Assembly (NCBI GenBank): GCA_053919585.1
Contig: CM132786.1
Reading direction: 5' to 3' (one strand)
DNA from: Euprymna scolopes
Lineage: Eukaryota
DNA: 64,000 nt
Shown here: positions 37,921 to 48,400 of the stretch, one piece after another
Layout: each line of letters starts with the position of its first letter
How positions within the stretch are numbered: the stretch's first letter is position 1
Translations under genes and position numbers: made by a program
The notes under the pieces: model-generated
The model's database searches: none
What the model was told of the DNA's origin: nothing
The model's input: only the letters and a program-made list of their open reading frames with translations

Positions 37921-39190
37921 CTAGCATTTCAGCCCGGCGTTGCCCGGGTCATTGGCGGTGTATGTTGAGCAAAAAAATAAAAAGGTGGTAATTTTGTTTA
38001 AATTTGACCCCTATTAGGATACCTTAACATTGATTGCTTTAAGCTCAAATCAAGTTATTACGTTAGATCCATGTCCAAGAAACCTATATCTAAAATTTCA
38101 AGTATTTAGACCTAAAATTGTCGGAGGAGTTTGGTAAAGTTCTCAAAGGTGAAGTCGTTTTACTTTGACCCCTTACCAGCCAAAGTTTTGGCGAAAAGCG
38201 ATCCTAAAGATTTCCCAAATCTTAGTACCCCTATATCAAATTTTGAGTCTGTAGACCTAAAATTGACAGAGTTATTGCGTAGGGAAATGTACACACACAG
38301 ATACACACAAATACGTTCACTTTTATATATATACTAGCAATGGGTGTCGGCATTGTCCGGGTGTTACGAGGTGTATGCTGATCGAAAAAAAAACCCAAAA
38401 ACGGTATTTTTTTTTAATTCGACCCCTATTATGACCTTTAATATTTATTGTTTTGGGCTCAAATCGAGTTATTAAGTTAGATCCATGTCCAAGGTACCAA
38501 TATCTAAAATGTCACGTGAAATGTCACCCAAAATTATCGGAGGAGTTTGGTAGAGTTCTCAAAGGTCAGATCGTTGAAATTTGACCCCTTACCAGCCAAA
38601 TTTCTGGCCGAAACGCGATCACATCGATTTTCCCAACTCTCAATACACTGTGTATCAAATTTCGTGCCTGTAGACTAACAATTGACAAAGTTATTGCGTA
38701 GGGAAATGTACACACATATACACATACACACAAACAGACACGTTCACTTTTATTGATATACAAGCAATGGATGCCCGGCGTTGCCCGGGTGTTTGAAAGT
38801 GTATGCTGAGCCAAAACACAAAACAAAAACAAAAATAACGGTAATTTTTTTAAACTTTGACTCCTATGATGACCCCTTAATATGTATTTTTTTGAGCTCA
38901 AATCAAGTTATTAAGTTAGATCCATGTTCAAGAAACCAATATCTAAAATGTTAAGTGTTTAGGCCCCAAATTGCCGGAGGAGTTTCGTAGAGTTTTCAAA
39001 GGTCAAATCGTTGAACTTTGACTCCTTAACATCGAAATTTCCGGCCGAAAACAAATCATCCCGATTTTCCCTAATCTCAATACCCTGTATATCAAATTTT
39101 GAGTCTGTAGACTAAAAATTGACAGAGTTATTGCGTAGGGAAATGTACACAGACACACACACATACAGGTTCACTTTTATAGATACATAG
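37921..39190 (-). mobile_element. Tandem array of three short-form non-autonomous Helitrons (H6 37921-38331, H7 38334-38760, H8 38761-39190)
   Basis: Each unit begins on the plus strand with CTAG/CAAG plus a CCCGGCGTTGCCCGGG-type hairpin and ends TTCACTTTTAT. Units are joined head-to-tail. Confidence 0.88.
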
Positions 39191-40089
39191 ATTGTAGATA
39201 TGCCTTTACTTTCTTTCCTCATTTAACATGTTTACTTTATGCTATCTTTTTTATTATTTGGAGTTTATGTGGACTGTATTCTTACCCTGGAGATATACGA
39301 CAAGATACATCATCATTTGATACAAATACAGACAATATAATTGCGGATACACTAAAGGATGGACGCTATTACTTGGATTCTACCAATCTGCCATTTCTAT
39401 TTATCGTCATCGATCACTTTTCGAGAGTCACTTAATCCAAAGAAAATACGTCTGGAAATTCTGCACTAAAAGTATTGCTGCTGAATAAGAATAAAGGCAA
39501 CAGAAGATATTCCATGGGATTGAGGATTTTTACGCTAAATTAAAGTTTATTAATAAAAATTTCTGAAGTTCTATTAGAAAGCAAGCAACAATAATTATGT
39601 TATATCAACACAATTCCATGTCAAAAAATCAACGCGTTCTTTGTAATTTAATATGATTTTGCTGTACATGCACTGTGCAGTGGTGTGGAAATGATTATTA
39701 GAAGGGAGTGTTATGTTCCTAACTATGGAATTGTTGCAAATACTCTAAAAATTTACATGGAATTCGAGTAAACTAAAAGGGTGAATATAATTTCTGTATT
39801 AAAATTAATATTGTTATTCTTGACATTAGTTTAAAATGAGGCAATTAAATATTCCAATGCAATTAAATTCATATATGTACTAATAAATATAATGGCACTG
39901 ATGAGTTAATTATTATAGCGAAATCATGGTATTCTCTTCCTTAATATATAACTGACTACTCAAAACGTTTAGACTTTTAAGAAACACTAAAAATGTAAAA
40001 AAAACAAACCTCATAGCATTTTATTAGTTGATAGCATTAATACAAAAGTGTTACCTTTATTATGAGAGTAGTGATATTGTGTGTTTAGA

Positions 40090-40123
40090 CAACAACAAAA
40101 CCACCACCACCATCACCACCACC

Positions 40124-40155
<32 letters not shown>

Positions 40156-40165
40156 CAACAACAAA
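40090..40165. repeat. (CCA)n(CAA)n microsatellite
   Basis: Direct reading. Confidence 0.95.
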
Positions 40166-41713
40166 CACAATAGACATTGCTACCAGTGCATTGTAGTTTA
40201 TGCTTAGCAATGCATTCTTACATGTTGTACCTGGTATACAGCTAAGTATCTTTAAGTTGGGAATCTATAATATGCTTGGTTTGGTTCAACGTGTATTAGT
40301 TTTAGCAGATAACAACGCAACAAGGAAAAATGTATTTTTTGTTGCTCAGCAAAAATTTTAATTGTATATCCACTTCCAGTTATAAAGTAAATACGTCTTT
40401 TATTTTCATTCGACTCAGGTCATGAATTAAAATGAATTAGAAACAATTGACTTACCCAAAAAGATGAGAATAAGTGCATGATGGTTCCTATATTTTACGA
40501 TAGAAATCATGAATTATCCAACGTGCTCCATTTTTTATCTTACATAAATTGTTTGCCCTAAAAGTTAAATCACTTTTGAAATTATTTTCAAAGGTCTTTT
40601 CCCAGTAAATTTTGAAGACAATGTGTTATGTTTTTTTTTACACATTCTCGATGATTATGCTATTCAGGGAGTGCTAACATTCGAAAACAGAGAATTATAT
40701 CGAAATCGCAGCATTCAGGCAAATATTTTGTATTTGGTGAATGTGAAAAACTTATACAAATGTTCTAAGCTTCATAAGAAATATAGTTATCCACTTCTGC
40801 GACTGGATAGAGTCTTGGAGGGACTGGCAAATTAACGGATGCAACATACACTGCTTTACATCATAGCATTTATGCAATTCTTGTAACAAGCATCGCATAA
40901 TAGAATTGAAAATAGTGTATATATTTCTTGGCAGGTTTCAAAATAATTACCGTGAGAAAAATTTTAGCAAGTGCAGGCAACGTTCCAACAATCAGAATAG
41001 CATCTATACACGCCAAATGTTTGACTGTGAAAAGACGCAGATGTTTGTCAATATGAAAATTGAGCTTGCTACATGATAAAAAAAACATATTCATTTGAAA
41101 AGTTACAGAACACTTACTGGGATTAAACGAAAAGGGAGACACAGATAGCTGTTTATGAATTAAATACTGACTTGCTCTTGATGGTCACACTAGTAAGAAT
41201 ACAGAAAGTGAGTATATGAAAACCATAGAATTCTACTTTTAACAATGTTTGACACAATTTGAAAACCACTATTAGTAAAAAAAAATAAAAAACAAAAATT
41301 CTTAATTTTATTTAAATTATTTAACAGGTTTTGTAATTTTTTAATGTTTAATCTTTACACTGGTACCTGTCTTTATATTAGTAGTATTTGTTTCAATTTA
41401 GGTTGCTTAATTCATTTTTTATTATAATTTGCTTTTTTTGTTAAAAACATGGATCGTTCCTTTATAATTTTAAAAGTATTTTTATTTCGATTAAAAACAA
41501 ACATCGTGGCTTTTGATTTTTTTAAATGTCGCTACTCGCTTTGATTATGCAACACAATTATTGTTTTCAGTTTTAATGTTAAAAATAAATATTTTAATTT
41601 GATACCGAATACTTATTGATTGCCTAAATTTACATTTTTCAACATTTGATTTTTTTTTTGCTTCGAATGTGCATAATTCTACATGTTTTGATATATATAC
41701 ATATATATATATG

Positions 41714-41749
<36 letters not shown>

Positions 41750-41751
<2 letters not shown>

Positions 41752-42088
41752 TGAAAATTAAAATTGAATTCAGCAAAATGATCCAAGATGGTAAAATTAA
41801 AGTAACTTATAAGTATTAAAGAATTAATATTTATAAAATTATCTCAGCCAGCTATAAAAGCCCGATAAAACCAAAAAGGAAATAGAGCTTATAATATGAG
41901 CAAACAGTTAATAAAATATGTTAAAAAACAATTTGACATTTGATAATCCCTACCCTCTGATGAGAACGAGTGTATTTTTTCGAAACTCCGCGGATTAAGG
42001 GCTATCCATTTTCTAGTGTTTCCTTTTCAGATTAAATATGTTTTTAACTCATTTCAAAGTGTTTTTGACATATTCTATTTACTGTTTG

Positions 42089-42095
<7 letters not shown>
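41750..42095 (+). mobile_element. Penelope-like element 3' end/pLTR with inverted tail, embedded in (TA)n
   Basis: LISIKELIFIKLSQPAIKAR* resembles a GIY-YIG end. A ~48-bp inverted repeat (41894-41943 / 42048-42095) encloses a hammerhead. Confidence 0.65.
41953..42001 (+). ncRNA. Minimal type I hammerhead ribozyme motif (dimeric-type stem III)
   Basis: CCCT-CTGATGA-GAA(cgagtgtatttt)TTC-GAAA-C TCCGCGGA T-T-A^AGGG. There is a C/U mismatch at the base of stem III. Confidence 0.72.
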
Positions 42096-42133
<38 letters not shown>

Positions 42134-44489
42134 TATATATATATATATATAAATCATATATATAAAATTATATTGAATAAAATAAAATAATATAAAATTT
42201 ATATATATATATATTTAAATTATATTGAATAAAATAACGTTTTACTATAAATCGAACACTAATTTTTTCTGTGTTTTACATGTAATAATTAAGTAAATAA
42301 TAAACATATTTTAGTTTCTAAAATAAATGAAAAAATTAAATATCTAATTTCTTTGAATGCATTTACATAAAACTATTCTGGTTTTCTTATTTTTAATATC
42401 AATATTGATTGAATCACTCTGCTCCATATTTTTCTCATTCTCAATGCAATTATTACATTATTTAATGCTATTGCAAAAATTGTTTAATCAATATTAACAG
42501 TCTAATTTTTGGGATTATTTACTCGAAAGTACCTCAGCTATGACGTTTTTGTTAGATGATGGGCCTTAATTGCATATATTTAGAAGGTCGCAACCCTACT
42601 CGGTCTCCTAATTGAAATTCAAAGGGAACTGTGAAGCTTATGCGTACAAAAAGGGAGATTTCTGGTTGAAAACCGTTGTTCGGAGATATAGACGTGGATT
42701 ACTAGTGCGCACACTGATTTACGTTCATATTTTGATCGAATATTTGTTAGAAGGATCAAGGCAGATTACATAAATCTGCCCTTTATTCAATTCGTTTGAA
42801 CATTGTGATCACAATCACTTATGTCCTGATTTGATTAGATTTGAATAGGTGCACTAACATAGCTTGGCAGTATAAATTAAATACCTCCTTACTTAAAACC
42901 TGTGACTTTCGGGAATAGCTAGTCTAATATATTTAATGGTTGGAGGCGATAGTCGCACGAAAAATGTAATTTAATGCTAAATATTTCAAAAGGCGTTGTA
43001 CAATACATAAATGCTAAAAAAAACATACAAAAAACCTAAGTTTCCCTGGCTGTTGCTTGCGAATATTCCATAACGACAGAACAAGCTAATGGAGCATGAA
43101 TGTCCGGTTGGCGAGCCATATGAAGCATCAGGAAATGTAGGGATCTGTTTGACAAGAATCTCTTATCAATCCATGATTGTAAACAGTTTGCATATTTGCA
43201 ACACTTGACAATACGTAGATGTATTCTTAGGGTTTCTAAAATAATTTGATGATCGTTTTTCACAACTTTTCTCATTCTAGAATTTAGAAACTATCTATCC
43301 GATCTGCGGCACAAGAAAACTCTGGTTACGGAGTGTGACGTTGCTGCTGCAACGAAGCCGGTCAGCTAGAAAATATGTTATTTTTTTTTGGGGGGGGGGG
43401 GCTGTCTTATGAATTTTACATTCGTACATAATCGATCAGATTCTGACGGGTGTGTTTAAGCATTGATTTGACGGGCTACCTTGCGAAATGACTGACTATA
43501 TAACTGAGACAAATGTGGGTATATTGCAGGAGGCTAAATGACGGTAGTTCTTATAAATATGTAAAGTACAAATTTGATGTTTTAGCAAAGGGTTTTTGCG
43601 AATTGTTTCAGCTGATCGCATGGGAGTTTGTCGAGCCGGAGCAGAAGTATGATGTTAAGAGTAATCATTGAAATATATTTTTATCTGATTTGTAAGATAT
43701 TAGCGGGATTAGAAGACAACATAAAAATTGCGGTAATAAAATTAGATCAATGGAAACCTTTTGATATTCTCGACTATTCGCAAATCGTTCTCAATTCTGT
43801 ATTGCTTGCTGATGGCAGAACAGGAAAACGAGATGCGATCGAAACCATTTATTTTCGTTCAGTGGCAACGTCAGTGTTATCCGCGGTCTCACTCGTTCTT
43901 TGTCCTCGCATCTAGTCCCTACCTTTGCAAAGTGAGAATGTCGCCTAAACGACAGGCTCTGCGCCATATTGCTCTGTCTGGCGATGCGCGAATCAGGGTT
44001 TTCGCGCATGACAATGATATGAGATTATGCGTCATGCCGTATAGAGATCATTCGCACAGTTTTCGAGGCACTCAATCAGTGCTGAGAATAACGTAGGCCG
44101 TAGAAAACCTTAGCAAATACAATGGTTTAAAATTAGCTGCGTGAATATACGCTGCTGTGCTTCCGAGCCATTTTAATTTAACCGTCCGATTCAGATTTTT
44201 GACGTTTGTTTGTAAACCGACTCTCTAATTAGATACGATTTGGCCGGAAGTATAGTCCTTGTGAAATGTTAGAAATAACCACCTTGGTTAGTCGTGTTCT
44301 GATTATATATCCGTAGAAAAAATATATAAATATAATAACACACCGAAACAAATGTGTGAATGAAAAAGAAATAAAATATGAATGGGCAAATAGATGCGGC
44401 ATCTAAGTAAAACACCGTGACATTTGACAGCGAAGGATACACAACAGCGTTTTGTTATTTAAACATCAAGTACAACTAATTACTATTAT

Positions 44490-44490
44490 T

Positions 44491-44532
<42 letters not shown>

Positions 44533-44592
44533 GATGATGATAAAAATAGCATTAATAACGATGATAATAATAATGATGATAATGTAATAATA

Positions 44593-44626
<34 letters not shown>

Positions 44627-44640
44627 TCTTTTAATAATAA
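44490..44640. repeat. (AAT)n/(GAT)n microsatellite
   Basis: Direct reading. Confidence 0.95.
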
Positions 44641-45273
44641 TAGAAGTGAATGTATCAATTCCTGGTGTGTAATGGAGATTATTATTGATTTATGAATCTG
44701 TTTTATATCACGCCAGTTGTGCCATGAGATTAATTGGTTTTTGATGGTTAAAATCTAACAATATATAATGCGAATAAACATATAAAACTGTGAATTCTCG
44801 CTCAGACTTTGAGAGAAATCGACCATTAGGTTTTTATTCTAGAGAATGTTTCAGCTATGTACTTGTAAAATGAAATGATTTTTTAAAAATATTCCGGGAT
44901 GTTTGCTTGAATGAAAATAATTACTATGGATAACATTTTATAAAGATATAATATATTTAACTTTTGGCTAAATTGTGCTGTCTTTATAATAGCCAGTAAA
45001 TTCCTTTAAATGATCGATAGAAACTAAATTAGTGCATGTTCGATGGCTAATGCATAATACCTATTGTTATGTTGTAGAATTAATCAGGTGATAATCAAAA
45101 TAAAACCAGATTAATATTATAAAATATTACCAAATAACGCGCGAGACGGTATTACATTGATACCCTCGGCGCACGCCTATTTTTCTAAAATAGATGTATA
45201 AAATTAATTTATACGATTTAAATTTTAAAATAATCTTCTATAATGACCCTAATAATATATCTATATCATTAGG

Positions 45274-45968
45274 TCAGGTCACAACATATGCTACTGGTAC
45301 CACGTAACCCAGTAACTCCTGCCTCATGGTCGGGCCACCGGAGACTAAACTTATTCCCCCACCAGATTTGTTTGGTGAGGAGGGCAGCTAGTCTCCCTGA
45401 AGGGTTAAAAAAAAGACCTTTCAAAGGGCGAATGAACCCTTTTTCGGGGTCACCGGCCAACTAGCACCGTGTGTGTTTGTGTGTATGTATATATGTGTTG
45501 GGGTCGAGAGGGCTCCCGTAAGCCGTGGTGAAGGCAACCTTTCTAGGAGAAGAAAATCACTGATTAAAAAAAAACATAAAGCGGGAGACCAGCGCCCGTA
45601 TTAAGCTGGTCTGCAGTTTAATTTGTTGCTGACTATCTTGCTCTTGCTCGTTGCTGGATCTCAACATTTTGAACCGAGAGAGAGATTTAGCTGTTGTACA
45701 AAACTAAGATTCTGTAACATCATCTGTGTATAGATACTCCCCCAGGAATTTGTTGATAAAAATAGTTATGTGGCGATGGAAAAGTTGTGACGCGTGGAGG
45801 CTTGAAATCTTGGAAGCATGCAATAATTAATCTCAATGACCGTCTTCAGTGTCATGCCTGCTTAAGCTTGTGAATTCACCGGTAGGACTAAAAAAAAGTC
45901 ATTTTTGGGCTTACGGACTTTAAGTGTCTGAGGGAGTGGTAATCGTCTGACAATACGTTGCAATCATC
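45274..45968 (+). mobile_element. Bipartite non-autonomous RTE derivative (5' UTR fused to 3' end) with 11-bp TSD
   Basis: TSD ATATCATTAGG at 45263-45273 and 45969-45979. RTE 5'UTR-like GGTGAAGGCAACC...TCTAGGAGAAGAAAA...CTGATTAAAA. The 3' part CAATGACCGTCTTCAGTG...GCAATCATC is homologous to 24498-24630. Confidence 0.78.
45298..45407 (+). ncRNA. HDV-like ribozyme fold (degenerate)
   Basis: P1 TACCACG/CATGGTC (2 mismatches), P2 TAACCC/GGGTTA, P3 AGT/CCT (1 mismatch), L3 AACTCCTG, GG, P4 GGAGACTA/TAGTCTCC, J4/2 CTGAA. Confidence 0.5.
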
Positions 45969-46140
45969 ATATCATTAGGAAATGTAAAACTGCAATAGAA
46001 ATAATATATACTCCATATACTAGTTATTACGACGTTTTACTCATAGTACCTAGCTTCTAAAGTTGATATTGATATATGTTTATTACATTACGAGTAGATA
46101 TTTAATTGCACAAATGTATGTATGTATGTATGTATCTATC

Positions 46141-46171
<31 letters not shown>

Positions 46172-46379
46172 TATCTAAATAGAAATGCATTAATGTGTTT
46201 GCATGCATATATTGCTGTAAGCGTGTGTATGTTGGCGTGCGTTTGCTCTCTGAAAAGACGGCGGCTAAAACTTCTAATGTAATTATTTGAGTTAAAAACG
46301 TGCTCTTTTCAAGAATTTGGGACAACATTAAAAGAAAACGAGAGAACGAAACGTAACGTAACTAAGGATTTCTTTCTCC

Positions 46380-46830
46380 TTCCCTTGGGCCAAGCAAGTT
46401 ATCCATTCGTTCTAGAGCTATTGCTGGCGCAACTTGCACAGCCAGTCATGCTACCTAATAAAGCCGCTGCGCTCTCGCATAAAGGGAGGCGACTTGCTGC
46501 AAATTAACTAAATCTAGACAGGATTCAGTAGAGAGCGCGTCTCCGTAATCGACTGAATGAGTGAGTGGCTGGATGAATAGAAGGAGAAATAAAGGACTCC
46601 ATTTCCGGTCGGCTTGCTCGTTTCACATCGGTTTTACGGTCCACATCTCTCAGCCGACAATTATTCTCGCTTTATCATCACTGAAACCGAATTAGCACAC
46701 TGAAGAGAAATACATTCTATGTTATCTTGAAAATGGGTTTATTCTCATCAAACTGTGTATCGGCCCCGTATCGCATTGAAATGGCCCGCTTGACTGCCAA
46801 CCACGCCCCTTCGTCACCTTTTGTGCGAAT
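46380..46830. promoter_or_regulatory. CpG-retaining, apparently non-repetitive segment; candidate promoter/enhancer
   Basis: Locally GC/CpG-rich. CCACGCCCC (KLF/Sp-like) at 46801, TTTCCGG (ETS-like) at ~46602, and GTGAGT donor-like at 46560. Confidence 0.3.
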
Positions 46831-47159
46831 GTACGTAAAAATCGCCTAAAGTATTGAGGGAAAGAAAGCGAGTAGTATAGATAAAGAAAGTGACACATTT
46901 ACTCGGAGGATCAGCTTTGAGGACGAAGATAATAGATTTTCGGATAGAAGAACGTTGCAGATATATTCTAAACATTGAGTGGGAGAACATAGCCAAGAAG
47001 AACACGGAATAGAGAAGAATAGAATAAAGAAAGTTACTTTGATCAAGAGATAAAGAGAGAGCATTAGAGAGGCCGAATAGGACGTAAAAGAGAACGCAGA
47101 GAAAGTGTGAAAAAACGATAAACCATATATAGTAATGCTATCTACAGTGCAATTATATA

Positions 47160-47219
<60 letters not shown>

Positions 47220-47587
47220 AAAATTAAGATGAGATAAGTCATGTGCACCATCGGTTTAAAACTGAAAATAGGAGCAGCTTTAAAACCATTACCAAACTCT
47301 CGTAAGCCAATAATCATCCTTTTTATAACCGATAATAGAACAGAGGAGTATAAACTTAAGAGATCTTAATATAGTGAGTAATAGTGTATCCTATTATCAG
47401 GTGTCAATCGACCCTAATGATGACTAATCTCCTCTTAATATTCTGAAAAAAATATAAATAATACGTTCTTATTTCTGGAATATTGTCTTTATAATAGAGC
47501 ACTTTCTGGAACACTTTTTTCCAAAATATAACAAAGCCTGCACATGTGTATATGTATGTATGTATCTATGTTTGTAGTTATGTATGC

Positions 47588-47630
<43 letters not shown>

Positions 47631-47689
47631 TATACATATATATATATACATACATATATATACATATTGCGTGGGTGTAAATAAATCAT

Positions 47690-48400
47690 GAAAGAGGACG
47701 AGAGAGAAAATACATGGAAAAATAGAATGATGCACACTGAGCAAAATTAAATTAAAATAAGAGAAGAGAATGAAAAGATAAATGACGATTAAAAAGATGG
47801 AGGAAATGTGAGTGAGGGAAGAACATTATTTGGAAAAAAAGCAATATATTAAACAGAGGAAATGTTATACAGAAAATTAAGGCCAGACATCTGAGGAAGA
47901 TAATATGAGAAAAGGAAAAATAGGTATAGAAAATAAGGAAAGATGTCGAGAGTAGGAAATGTGACAGATATGTGTGATCTGAGTGCCAGCACAAAAATTT
48001 GACACTTAGATAGATAGATAGATAAATAGATCGATAGATAGATGGATAGATTGATAAAGCGATAATAACTGGAATAAATGGAGGACAAAGAGGGAGAATG
48101 GTCGGAACAGGGGCAACCTTTATTTAAAACAGCAGTGAAGAAATCAGGGAGAATGTTATATAAAGATAGAAGGAGGCGAGGAAGAAGGAAAAAGAAAATG
48201 ACGAATAAAGATGGGGAAGGTTTACTATACTCAAGTGTAACAAGCACACAATCTAGAGGTGTTAAAGCAAACGTTGGCAAGGCTTCAAAGTATGGAAAAG
48301 AAAGGAAAGAACACCAAGAAATATAACTCAGAAGAAAGAGACGATAATAACAGAAAAATTTAAACAATATAATGGAATAGAAAGGATTGAAGCTGTTCCA
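47690..48400. repeat. Purine-rich low-complexity tract including (GATA)n at ~48008-48062
   Basis: Direct reading. Confidence 0.8.

Noticed and set aside
40188-40220. GTGCATTGTAGTT, a 13-nt match to the 5' end of miR-33
   Set aside because: The rest of the mature sequence differs and the local hairpin is far too short for a pre-miRNA
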